A DNA stretch of 60,276 nucleotides, filler included, from Nemertoderma westbladi (lineage: Eukaryota; Animalia; Xenacoelomorpha): assembly GCA_032718475.1 (NCBI GenBank). It is 3 parts of 3 records of this genome, joined end to end, with 100 filler letters (N's around TTAATTAATTAA, not from the genome) between each part and the next. Parts side by side here need not be neighbours in the genome. Positions count along the whole stretch, not along the records: positions 1 to 25,949 come from JAUCBJ010007216.1; positions 26,050 to 50,552 come from JAUCBJ010003077.1; 1 more part is not named here. One strand, given 5' to 3'. The notes under the pieces are model-generated. The model was not told where the DNA came from. It ran no database searches and saw only the letters and a list, made by a program, of their open reading frames with translations. Position numbers and translations under genes: made by a program. The stretch's first letter is position 1; each line of letters starts with the position of its first letter. Positions 22,761 through 33,799 of this stretch are shown in pieces.

Positions 22761-23670
22761 CGACCCTGTCGCGTGTCCGTTCCACCCCTCACGAACCCCG
22801 AAGGGAACGATCATCGAGAACCAGCACGGCTTGGCTAAGGGTCGGTCCAGTCGGTAGACTCTGTCGCGTATCCGTACCACCCCTCTCGAACCCCGAAGGG
22901 TTCGGTCATCGAGAACCAGTACGGCTTGGCTAGGAGTCTGTCGTGTCGGTGGACCCGTTCGCGTGTCCGTTCCACCCCTCACGAACCCCGAAGGGTTCGA
23001 TCATCGAGAACCAGAACGGCTTGGCTAGGGGTCCGTCAGTTCATCACAGAAACCCAACCACCTAGGCTTTCCGAGTCCGTTTCAGGCTCGTAGTCGCTTC
23101 GGCAGCCGAGAAACTGCTCCGAACAGTCGGTAGGCCAGTAGAGTCTAGTCGAGTCTAGTCCTTTGTCTTTCGACCCCATCGCGTGTCCGTTCCACCCCTC
23201 ACGAACCCCGAAGGGAACGATCATCGAGAACCAGTATGGCTTGGCTAAGGGGTCTGTCGTCGGTTCCCGTCGCAAATCCCAGTACAAGCAGTCAGCGTTC
23301 CGAGTTCTTTTCAGTCTCGTAGTAGCTGCCGTTGACCAGAGACCGCTAAGGGCAGTTCTCGTCAAACCCGTCCTGTGGCCAGCCCTTTCGCATGTCCGTC
23401 CCACCCCTCACGAACCCCGAAGGGATCGGTCATTGAGAACCAGTACGGCTTAGATCAGGGGGCAGTCGTTAGTTGGCCACCCGTTCGCGTGTCCGCTCCA
23501 CCCCTCACGAACCCCGAAGGGAACGATCATCGAGAACCAGAACGGCTTGGCTACTAAGGGGCCGTCGGTGCCCGTCGCAAATCCCTGACACAAGCAGTCA
23601 GCGGTCCGAGTTCTTTTCAGTCTCGTAATGGCTGCTGTTGGCCAGGGACCGCTAAGGGCAGTCCTTGTCC
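22761..23670 (-). ncRNA. Array of six ~84-nt structured repeats interspersed with 2-3 copies of a second ~100-nt unit; candidate structured RNA elements
   Basis: Copies at 22761-22844, 22856-22939, 22951-23034, 23172-23254, ~23382-23463 and ~23475-23563. Closing stems differ between copies but stay paired. The minus strand shows CUC-GAU-GA-N-stem-c(UUCG)g-stem-N-GA-GGG. Confidence 0.5.
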
Positions 23671-24135
23671 TTTAGGCCTGGCGCATTACCAAATCCACCC
23701 CTACAGGCAGCAGGAAGTTGGCCAGGGCCTAATAGTACTCAGGCTAACCTGAATACTGCTTGCATTTTCCATCCCCCCCTGGCCCTTATAACTATGAAAT
23801 TATTCCCGTACCCTGTAAGTTGCCCCAAAGTTCGCCCATAAATCGCCCCCAGTTTCTTGAATGTGCCCAAAACCCATGGTCCCGCACCCAGTAGTAATAT
23901 CGGAATAATCAATTTTAAATAAATACAAAAATATTCAACTCGCGTTATGGAAAGTTGAAATACCGCGAACAGTCCCCCCCAATGACCTTCGTGAAGTCTG
24001 TCGGTCGATTGAGTTTGCGTAGGTCATTCCCAATATAAAAAACCCAAATTTAATATTGCATAGTTTTTAATTAGTTTGCCTAGAGTTTGTATAAAAATAA
24101 ATGTTCGATAAATGTTCCTGGAATATCCCGATCCA

Positions 24136-24999
24136 CTATTTCTTTCTCTGATACGCCTTTCGTCTCTTCGCCCGTCGACTCTCATCGATCGCTATAGCTG
24201 GTAGAGGAGCGTCAACATCCATCGTGAGTAACTCTTCGGCTTGTCTCCTGGCGGCTCTTCCTTTCGATGGCATAGGGATCATGTCGGTTCGTCTTTCCAA
24301 CTCAGATTTGCGTGCCTCTAGGAACCATTCTCCGTCACCGAACTCCTCTTTATACGAGTATAATCGTCTAATGACTTCAAATGGACCGAATAATCCGGCG
24401 CTCAGTAGCAGATCCACGTAATGGAAAGGTAGCGTGGCCCACGTGTGGAGGCGTTCCGGGAAGGAGAAATATCCGCACGCCATCTCCTGCGCGATATTCC
24501 GAGCGTTTCTCCGAATCTTGGTCTTTAAGTGGCTGTTTGCGTATGTTTCAAACATGACCATATTGCCCATAGCGGTAACGTCTTTGGTTGGACATTTGAT
24601 ATAGCAGCGGGGGCTAGAGGAATGTCCACGGAAACCGCACGTGGTGCAGAGGTTATAAAGGATCGGGCAGACGGAAACGTCGTGGCCCGATGTCGCGCAG
24701 TATGGGCAATAGAGTATCCCGAGGAGCTGGAGGCATGAATCGGTAACCCGATTCCTTCTGCTGCGTGGGCACTGCTCCGAACCGCAGTCGCCGCATACCT
24801 CCAACTGCATCTCTCGACCAGGAAATATCGGAATCGGGACGCCGACGTAGTATTCGAGTCGTCGGTCGCTCTTCGGAATATTCTCGGTGGTCGGTAGCCC
24901 GCGGAATGCTAGCTTTTGTGTAGTAGGTTCTCGCTCCGATAACCTTCTTTGTGTCCCGCTGGTCTCAACTCGGATGACCGTTTCTGGCGGTGGATCCAT
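24136..24999 (-). CDS. Zinc-knuckle (CCHC) protein, probably transposon-borne
   Basis: CGDCGSEQC, CPYCATSGHDVSVC, CTTCGFRGH-x5-C; intronless and GC-rich; overlaps the upstream ORF (possible frameshift). Confidence 0.55.
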   Translation of the reverse strand: MDPPPETVIRVETSGTQRRLSEREPTTQKLAFRGLPTTENIPKSDRRLEYYVGVPIPIFPGREMQLEVCGDCGSEQCPRSRRNRVTDSCLQLLGILYCPYCATSGHDVSVCPILYNLCTTCGFRGHSSSPRCYIKCPTKDVTAMGNMVMFETYANSHLKTKIRRNARNIAQEMACGYFSFPERLHTWATLPFHYVDLLLSAGLFGPFEVIRRLYSYKEEFGDGEWFLEARKSELERRTDMIPMPSKGRAARRQAEELLTMDVDAPLPAIAIDESRRAKRRKAYQRKK

Positions 25000-25949
25000 T
25001 CAGTTTGCTCGGCGTACCAACAGGTTAGTCGCATAGGGTCCTGAGGAACGGCGGGTGTAGTAGCCACCGCTGGTCGGCGAAGAGGTGCCGGGGTTTTAGA
25101 CGGAGGGATACCGAGGAGATCGTCGGGGGTCGGCGCGTCGCTGGGTCCCTCCTCGACCAGTACCGCTGAGCGGGTCCGTTGGTGGCTGGTACTCGGGATC
25201 TCCGACGACCAATCTTCGCCACCCGGGAAAGGATACGGGGATAACCGTTGGCATATGTCGCCGAAGTCGCTCAATGCAGCTGTAGTAGCTACCTCCCTCG
25301 CGGGGCTACCGGAGCCGCGTGGGGTGTAAACGCCTGCTCTCTTCATCGGTTCGGCCGAGGCAACCCGTTTGGCGGCTGGTCCATACGCGGCCTCCGGCTC
25401 GAGTTGTCGCTTCGGGGTGGAGAGTAGAACACCCTCGTTTAGCCATATCTCTTCTCCTTCCGAAGAGATCAGAGGCTCCTCCGCACCGAGAAGTTCGGTA
25501 ATCGTAGGGATGTCGTAAGGTCCGCTCTCGTCCCAGGAATCGATAACGGCGGGCGTTTTCGATTCTCCCGGTGTAATGTTCTCGACCGCTTTAAACGCGT
25601 GGTTTATAACCTCATTCCAGTCGTAGTCGACGAAGGAAAGGGGGACCGCCGTAATAAGGTTATCGAGAGTTTTACAGATAAACTTAGCGACGGTGTAGCA
25701 CTCCATAATGACGTAAACGTAGTTCCGTCGATCAGGATTCTCATCAGGATTCAGGTTTCTTCCTGCAGGGGCGTTCGCGTAGTCGTTCCGGACGTCCGCC
25801 TTGATATCCGACCCGATTTTAATGACGTCGAAGTCGAAGAGGATCTTTTGGATTTCCGGAGGCAGCAACCAGATCGCTCCGGCTGCCTGCACTTCCTGCT
25901 GGGTGTCGGGAATATTCGGCACACCAGTACCAAACCGTCCAGGGTTCCG
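24909..25949 (-). CDS. 5'-truncated ORF with a DEDDy (WRN/EXD-like) 3'-5' exonuclease-like fragment followed by a low-complexity Pro/Ser/Thr-rich region
   Basis: LLPPEIQKILFDFDVIKIGSDIKADV resembles the ExoII region (LP..L..LL.D..I.K.G..I..D) of WRN-type exonucleases; the ORF abuts the contig end. Confidence 0.45.
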   Translation of the reverse strand, partial: RNPGRFGTGVPNIPDTQQEVQAAGAIWLLPPEIQKILFDFDVIKIGSDIKADVRNDYANAPAGRNLNPDENPDRRNYVYVIMECYTVAKFICKTLDNLITAVPLSFVDYDWNEVINHAFKAVENITPGESKTPAVIDSWDESGPYDIPTITELLGAEEPLISSEGEEIWLNEGVLLSTPKRQLEPEAAYGPAAKRVASAEPMKRAGVYTPRGSGSPAREVATTAALSDFGDICQRLSPYPFPGGEDWSSEIPSTSHQRTRSAVLVEEGPSDAPTPDDLLGIPPSKTPAPLRRPAVATTPAVPQDPMRLTCWYAEQTEWIHRQKRSSELRPAGHKEGYRSENLLHKS

Positions 25950-26049
25950 NNNNNNNNNNNNNNNNNNNNNNNNNNNNNNNNNNNNNNNNNNNNTTAATTA
26001 ATTAANNNNNNNNNNNNNNNNNNNNNNNNNNNNNNNNNNNNNNNNNNNN
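25950..26049. other. Artificial contig linker
   Basis: 44 N + TTAATTAATTAA (stops in all six frames) + 44 N. Confidence 0.97.
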
Positions 26050-26050
26050 A

Positions 26051-26076
26051 AGTACTCTGCGTTGATACCACTGCTT
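26051..26076 (-). other. Untrimmed SMART/ultra-low-input amplification adapter
   Basis: Exact reverse complement of AAGCAGTGGTATCAACGCAGAGTACT. Confidence 0.95.
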
Positions 26077-26084
26077 TCACGATC

Positions 26085-26890
26085 TTTTATCATCAGGAAG
26101 CTGATCTTGAGAACTGGTTGCCCGATCGAGCCAATTTTTTTTAATCAACTCAGAATAGACCATTGCACATTTCTTACAATGAATGTTTATTAGAAAAATG
26201 CTTAGATTCGATTTTAAATATACTGATCTTTTCGCGATCATGATCTTGAGTTTTGACCCACTAGACTTGAACTTTTTTATGCCCTAATTTTGGCTACCCC
26301 CCATAATTCGAGGGTGAGGAATCTTTTTGTGATGTTAAGTTTTTCCATACGGTGAACTCCCAGGACTTGGTCTTCGAAATAAAACCGAAAACATGATCTT
26401 TCCTTATCATGGCCTGATCAAATCGCTTTTTGAAAATTTCGAAATGCTCAAAAGTTGCCCCTTCATCGTAGAAGTTGATTCGTAAAAAAAAAATCGGGGG
26501 TCTCAAACAAAGTTTTCGAGAAAATCCGAAAAAACTAAAAAATCTGATCTTTAATGATCAGGTATCAGATCTCGAGAACCGGTTGTCCGATCGAGCCAAT
26601 TTTTTTTTAATCGACTCAGGGCGGTGTTCTGAACGTTTCCTACAGTAATTGTTTATATCCAAAATGCTTAGTTACGATTTTACGAAGTCCGATCTTTGCG
26701 CGATCATGATCTTGCGTTTTGACCGGGAAGAATTCACTTTTTTTTAAATCTTTTAACGGGAATCATGACTAATGTGGGGTCGCTGAATCTTTTTGTAATG
26801 TTAAGTTTTTCGATTGGAGCAAGCCTTGAATGTCCGATCCCTGATCAAAACTGATCTTTGCTGATCATGGTCAAGATCATGATCGGATCG
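26085..26890. repeat. Diverged ~465-bp tandem duplication (repeat-element interior)
   Basis: GATCT.GAGAAC.GGTTG.CCGATCGAGCCAATTTTTTTT at about 26103 and 26568, with colinear downstream blocks. Confidence 0.55.
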
Positions 26891-28842
26891 CTCCAAAAAA
26901 GATTATTTGAAGGTAAACCCATATGCTGCCTATCGATTGGCGCCGGTCCCAAGTCCGTAGCATTAGCGGTTCTGGAGATCGGCGCATAGCAACGTGGTTG
27001 CTAGGGAAGCGGACTTTTTGACTCAAATTGGCCCTAGCCGGAGAACCGTAGACTTTTTTAACACATTATGTATGGCGAAAAGTTGTCTGGATACATTTTG
27101 GGAGGGGGTCTAGGAATATCCTATTGTTCGTTTTCGCTTAGTTGCTGAGATCCTCTCGTCCCCCAAATCCCAGGATTCTATAAAGGCATTCTGCTGGACT
27201 AGTTCCGTGGCCGGAATAGTGTTCGGTGTTCTGCGAACAGAGAACCTAATCGGTTTAGGGCCGTGACCGTCCAGTGGCGGAGATCTGTATTTGGGAGTGG
27301 GGTCGACAGAAAGAGAATTAACTTTTTTATTTACTTGAATTTAAAGGGGGGGGGGGGGTTGGTTACGAAGCGACCACAAATACAACTTCTCATTGTGATG
27401 TTTCCGCAGCCTAAAATTGAGTGAAATGTTTAGGAATGGCCAATCCAATTTCTTTAAAAAAAAAGTCACCAAGATGGCACTTTAGCGGCCAAAAGGGCCT
27501 ATTGCCAAAAAGGGTAGGCCTACTTCTTGAACAATATTGCTGTTATTGAGTTCAAATTTCGTGAATCGGTTTAATTCATAGTTGCATCCAATGCTCTCGA
27601 GCAATTGGCAGAAATTTAGCTGTGGCCATTTTATAAACAAAAAGGCCCAAAAGGCCCCGTGAAGCATTTTTAGCTAAACTTTCTTGATAGCCATAGAGAC
27701 AAGCATATTTTGAAGCTCTGTTCCAAATTTCAACTGATTTCATTAACTGATTTCGAGAAATGTAGTTTTTCGAGAAAAAAATACATTCTCTGCTGCGATT
27801 TAATGGGTTTCAAGTTTAAGAAAAATGCAAAGTTTACCGCTAATTTAGATAATGTCTTCTTTCTTTGTTCGACTATAAGTTTGTCAAATCATTTTATAAT
27901 TTCGTTTGAAATTCAACGAAATTTTTTATCATATCTAAAAATATACTGTAACATACAGCACCTAGGCGGTAATCAGGCCCTGCTTACGGAGGGATCTAGC
28001 ACCATACTTTACAGTAGTGTACCCGCTACATTCACAAATTAAAATTATTAATTTAAACTGCAGCATCAGTTGTACCACAAATAATAAGGCTACAATAATT
28101 AATAAAATATTCAAACTACAGAAATGACGTGAAACAATATTACCTTCTCATAAAATGGAATGCAGTGATTTTTTAAAAAAATTGCGCCCAAATTTAAATA
28201 TTATCTAAGTTTAGTCCTGTGTAGACCTATAACAGCGTGAATGATGAGTGGTCAGATTGTTAAGCCAACAGTTCCAGTCATACAGTGCAGTGATCCCGAC
28301 CAATATTATTCGCAGACAAGCATTACCATTACCAGCCCATTCGTCACGCATGCTTGGAATTCGATGGATAAATCATTCCTGTTAATGAAATTCTTAGTAT
28401 GCGCCACGCACTCCTGGAGCTTACCTGAAAACCACTCCCAGACAAGAATCATTGGCGAATCTCTCCCGCACCTCAAGAAATGTACCAGAACGTCTGGCGA
28501 ACATGTCGTTCGCCACACGCGCCTAGCACGCTTGGTGTTTACTGGGATCTCGTTTCCCCTTAAGATTATTAGTATCATTTCGAATACCTGATTTCGTGGG
28601 TTGTGTTTCGCCACAGTTAGTAATTAAAACCATGAAACGCATGAGTTGCTTGGTCACCATCTTGCTGACGATGAACAACTGTCAACCTTGTGCTATCTTC
28701 TGTGCTGCGCGATAAGTTAATCTGCATACCATATTTCCATTAATATTTTGGGCTGGTTCCATTCTGTATTATCTGAAAAATAATAAATATCCATATTTTT
28801 AACCATACCCATAAACATATATCTGTATATAGGCCTATATAT

Positions 28843-31800
28843 CAGTCGGTGAGAAGTCAAAAATTGGACTTGAGTCCAAAATTGGACTTCGACTCCAGTT
28901 CAATTCCAAAATTGGACTTCTGTGAGTCCAATATTGGACTTCAAATCAGCCAATTGTTCCAGGGCCTTGGGTAATAGGATCGGGCGGGATTTTTTTTCTT
29001 TAATCGAAAATATATCAAAAAGTTTTGAACAGGGGGACCTGAAATTCACCAGGGGGAACTTTTTTTATAAGGCTTTGAATTTTTACAAAAGTCCAATATT
29101 GGACTTTAAATCCAATTTTGGACGTGACATTGAGAATCGAACTTAAAGGTACATGAAGCACAGAAGCATGACAGATGAGAGACAACCAGACAGCTGTTAA
29201 GTTATGGAAAGTTACCTTTGCAGCTCTGTATGTATCTTCAGTGTACTGACTGTACTGTACTTAGAATATAATGGTACATTCTAGCATTCTAGCTCTAGGT
29301 AGGCTACTTTGTACTTTACTTTTAGCATATTGTGGGGCGAGCCACGAAGTGAGTGAGCCTTAGCGTAGTGGTACCATTAATCAACCTGTGGGGCGAGCCA
29401 CGAAGTGAGTGAGCCTTAGCGTAGTGGTACCATTAATCAACCTGTCGTTCTGTCGTTCTGTCGTTCTGTCGTGTTCAATTTTAAACGTTAATAACTCGGC
29501 CAATCTTTGATGAAATCTATCCAAACTTGGTACACATGTTGTTTGGCAAAAGTTTAGAAATTTTCCAAGTAGAATTTCAGTGTGGCCTTCGAGAAGCTAA
29601 GATAATAGCAGTTAATTAGTTAATTAAGTTATTACGGTAAAAACACCATTTTCAACCTGCCTTTTAAAGGAAATTAATTGTTTTACAGTATAAGATTTAA
29701 ATAATTATAATTAAAAACTATACAGATGTAATCCCCATACGCCATTCTATTATAGTTTTTAATTAGTTCAAGTGATTTGCTTTAATAATTGTGTCTTTAA
29801 TTGATCTAAAGTAATTAAAACGGCAAAAAAATTTATTCTCATTAAATACTGCTCATTTATTGGCCAACATGCTGGTACATAGATGGGATGTGTGTGTCAT
29901 TCCCAGTTGCTGGGAATGATTATTGGTCAAGTCTCTGCTGCTGGCTGGGAGTTGTTGCTAAGACTAACCAGAGAGGAATAGTAATAGACAACCAGTATTG
30001 CTATTCCAGCCCAGACAGCATTCTTTAAAATAATTCACTATAAATGTTGTATTGCTATCTCAGGTAAATGACAGATATCATAACATAAATACTATCCATG
30101 GCATGGCTGTTGTGTAGGCTTCTGAAATAGTTTATTCCACAATGTATATGTCTGGTTATTTTTTAATTGAATTTTTGCAAAGTAGTAAAATTAATGTTCT
30201 TAAAAATAATATTATTATTTTATATGTAACCTAGGAAATTAGCTACATTTTTTCGCTGCAGCTTTAAGAGTGTACATTAATTTAATATTATTTCAATACC
30301 CATATTACTACATCGGCATAAGATGCGTTGGCGTTGTATCACACATCTCCACATATCACACATATCCACATAGATGTATCAACAGTTACTCGCACAGTTT
30401 CGAAACTTTGCATAGTTATAACTGTATAAAGATCGTCAGTCTGCGTTTAGGAAAAATATTTTATAACAAAACAGGACAAGCGACGAGCGCAACGAGGCAT
30501 ATAATGAAGACGAGTACTGCGTTGACTAAATTATTATATAAACCACCTGGCTTCACATATTGATCGCATCCCTAGTTATTATTATTATAAAGAACGTCCT
30601 AGCCTGCGTTTAAGAAATATATTTAAATACAAAACAGGACGAACGCAACGAGGCTTATAATGAATACGAGTACTGCGTTTATTATATTCCTATAAACCAC
30701 CTGGCTTTGCATATTGAACGTGCGATTGGAAATAAGTTCGTGCTACCCTTCCGTGGGTGGTAGATGTCGCGGTTATGTATTGGTGGTTGGGAAGGGTGGG
30801 GGGGGGGGGGATTAAAAGGGGTGAACACGTACTGTCCCCCTTTCTTTGATTGATTGGTGGTGTGGGTAAATTTCTCAAAACCTGATTTTGTGATACAGTC
30901 GCTCAATTTTGATTTGTATCTCATAACTGGGCCTCGTGCTGCGCGAAGGCCCCACGAACGTGTCGTTCTGTCGCTTTTTTTGCAGTGTTCAATTTTAAAC
31001 GTTAATAACTCGGCCAATCTTTGATGAAATCTATCCAAACTTGGTACACATGTTGTTTGGCAAAAGTTTAGAAATTTTCCAAGTAGAATTTCCTTGTGGC
31101 CTTCGAGAAGCTAAGATAATAGCAGTTAATTAGTTAATTAAGTTATTACGGTAAAAACACCATTTTCAACCTGCCTTTTAAAGGAAATTAATTGTTTTAC
31201 AGTATAAGATTTAAATAATTATAATTAAAAATTATACAGATGTAATCCACATACCCCATTCTATTATAGTTTTTAATTAGTTCAAGTGATTTGCTTTAAT
31301 AATTGTGTCTTTAATTGATCTAAAGTAATTAAAACGGCAAAAAAAATTGATTCTCATTAAATACTGCTCATTTATTGGCCAACATGCTGGTACGATGGAA
31401 GGATGTGTGTGTAAAGCAGCTAGTTGCTGGGAATGATTATTGGTCAAGTCTCTGCTGGTGTGGAGCTAGCTGGCAGGGAGTTGTTGCTAAGACTAACCAG
31501 AGAGGAATAGTAATAGGCAACCAGTATTGAATTACTTCATTGTTATTAATATTTTATTGTACATGATTACACATGATTACATTATACATTGGTCCGCGGA
31601 CCAGAAGCCAGTATAATGCCCGTGTGCGATCCCTGTTTATAATACATATAATAATTAATTTGATCATTAAAATAATGTTGCATTTTAATTATGTAATACA
31701 GGGATGTAATATATATGTACTGATACGGGATGCAGTTTTGATTTAAATACCGATATACAGTATGGCAGCATGGGTACACTTGGAGTTGTACTAAAGTCCA

Positions 31801-31880
31801 ATATTGGACTTTGGAGTCCAAAATTGGACTTGAAGTCTAAAATTGGACTTGAAGTCCAATTTTTGACTTCTCACCGACTG
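28843..31880. mobile_element. Non-autonomous TIR DNA transposon (Tc1/mariner-like) carrying a nested element
   Basis: Perfect 29-bp TIR CAGTCGGTGAGAAGTCAAAAATTGGACTT at both ends, subterminal AGTCCAA.ATTGGACTT repeats, (TA)n flanks. Confidence 0.75.
29331..31530 (+). mobile_element. Helentron/HINE-like non-autonomous element: full copy (29331-30962) plus a head-to-tail partial copy (30963-31530)
   Basis: 5' TGTGGGGCGAGCCACGAAG (56-bp head duplicated), (CTGTCGTT)n microsatellite, CCAAACTTGGTACACATG core, 3' GCCCCACGAACGTGT (short inverted match to the 5' end); about 29470-30000 is repeated at about 30985-31530. Confidence 0.6.
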
Positions 31881-32191
31881 TATATACCGATACGGATAGG
31901 GCGAAAATGTATACCCCCTGGAAATAGTGATTCTACTAATTTTAATTAAGGGCACCTAGGCCTATAGTTATATAATTACGGTCGGTAGGCCTACCGGTAC
32001 ATATTATTACAGTCTGACAGTGACGGTCTGTCTGTACGGTATACTACTGGTATGACTTTAATACTGTAGTGCGTAGTGTCAGAGTGTGTAGTACTGTAAT
32101 TACATATTACTGTATTACAGTATTACACTCCACTACTGGTACCAGGTACAGCAGTACAGTAGCAGTAGGTACTGCAGTAGGCTATGTGGCT

Positions 32192-32817
32192 ATGACACAC
32201 GGAGCTAGCACGAAGTCTGACTCATATTGGGAGGTTCAACTCACGCCGGTACTAAAATGGAAAGTCGACGAATTATTCCTAAAATGGCTCAGCGACCGCC
32301 AAACACAACAGCAACTGCGCGATACACTAAAACGCCTCAAACGCGGGGAAAACATTCTGGAATCGCAACCGCCACGCCATGGGGGCGTGGCTACTGAACC
32401 GCAGCCCGCTGGCAGACAACTCGAGTCGCCCACACCGCCATGTTCTCCGATTCCGGCCCCCCGAAGCCCGGCCAACAGCCCGCGGAGCCCCCGTCACCCG
32501 GGCAGATCCTCGGGAGTTGGCCGCTCCGCCAACTTTAAGGACAAACTCTCCGCGAGTAAAGACTCTGTGAAACAGAGTAACTTATCTTTAGACACGGTAG
32601 ACACTCCTTCCAGCGGGGGAGACCCTTGTATAACAAACTTCTACTTCCCCAGAGGTTTCCCCGTCCCGAGTATTGAGGTAGAAACTCAACTGAAAGCGGC
32701 TATGGAATGTTTCTCATCTATGGATAATCAGAGGGTTTACAGACACCAGATGGGTTCGATCGCCCGGGCTTGCAACATCCCCCTCTACTGGAAACTGCCG
32801 TGGTTCGTATCCGCAAG
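32192..32817 (+). CDS. PPP2R3A: PP2A regulatory subunit B'' (PR72/PR130, PPP2R3A/B-like), coding exon 1
   Basis: LTPVLKWKVDELFLKWLS and ITNFYFPRG...IPLYWK are characteristic; donor AG|GTAAGA at 32818, phase 2. Confidence 0.8.
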
Positions 32818-33246
32818 GTAAGATAATTGTTCGTAAACGCAAACGGATTCTTCTGCGGTCTGACGGTACGGTACCGGTAATGGCAGAATGGTAGAGAATC
32901 GTTGATTTAAGCCAAAGTGCTAAGCTAAGCTATACCTGCTCAGTTACTAAAATTAATTTACATTCAAACTGACAGCCCTTTATCAGTCCAGTCAGTTTAT
33001 ACTAAATGGCTGAATGGAAATAAATATAAACCTTACCGATGTACCGGTAACTAGATAATTATTGATCTATGATAGGGCAGGGCCTACCGCTACCACAAAA
33101 TGAAACATACAAACGTACATTGGAACATACAACGAAACATACATTGGCAGATTGGTAAGCCAAATATCATAGTTAGGTATCTACTACCGGTTGCCGGTAG
33201 TTGACAACGTTTGCTTTACGAGTTCTTTCAATCTGTCCCCAACTAG

Positions 33247-33462
33247 CCGTGGTTCCGAGTTCCTCACGTTCCCCCAGTTCCGCGACCATTGGCTCCATCT
33301 AACCGCCACCGCACACGACCCCGAATCCCGATTCCTGAGACTCTTAGGGAAGGAGGGGAGGGACTTTATCGTCTTCGAGGACTTTATGCTGTTGTTACAG
33401 GACGTTGTCGACAGCCATCCGGGGATGAAGTTCCTCCAGGAAGCTCCAGAGTTCCATTCCAG
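33247..33462 (+). CDS. PPP2R3A: PP2A B'' subunit, coding exon 2
   Basis: Acceptor CCCCAACTAG; ...HDPESRF...EDFMLLLQDVVDSHPGMKFLQEAPEFHSR; donor AG|GTCTGG, phase 2. Confidence 0.85.
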
Positions 33463-33799
33463 GTCTGGTACACAAAGTTCATTATTTTCTAAATACATTA
33501 AGTGGAATTTAGAAATAAAAATCACAATTCCTAATCTTTTATAACTAATTTATAAATATTTCTAAAACTAAAAGTTAGAAATAACAAATTGAAAAATGTA
33601 AATTTCTGTGCTGCTAACATTTGAAATTCAAACAATTTAATATATTTAAAATGCAGAATTACCAACATACATACATACATATAACCCTTCAATATCTAAC
33701 TCAGAGTCAGGAGGGCGAGGGCATACGGCTTTATAAAAAGCGTTATCGATTTAATTACCGGTACATTAAATATTGAATGAAGTAAATGAGTGCAAATGT

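Noticed and set aside
22790-22820. Hammerhead ribozyme or SECIS element
   Set aside because: UCGAUGA is not CUGAUGA and no GAAA follows the stem; the stem is too short and the loop lacks the AA needed for a SECIS
22761-23670. CRISPR array
   Set aside because: Repeats are ~84 nt, spacers are irregular and partly homologous to each other, there are no cas genes, and the context is eukaryotic
28241-28760. Possible decayed coding or transposase fragment
   Set aside because: No recognisable motif in any frame I checked
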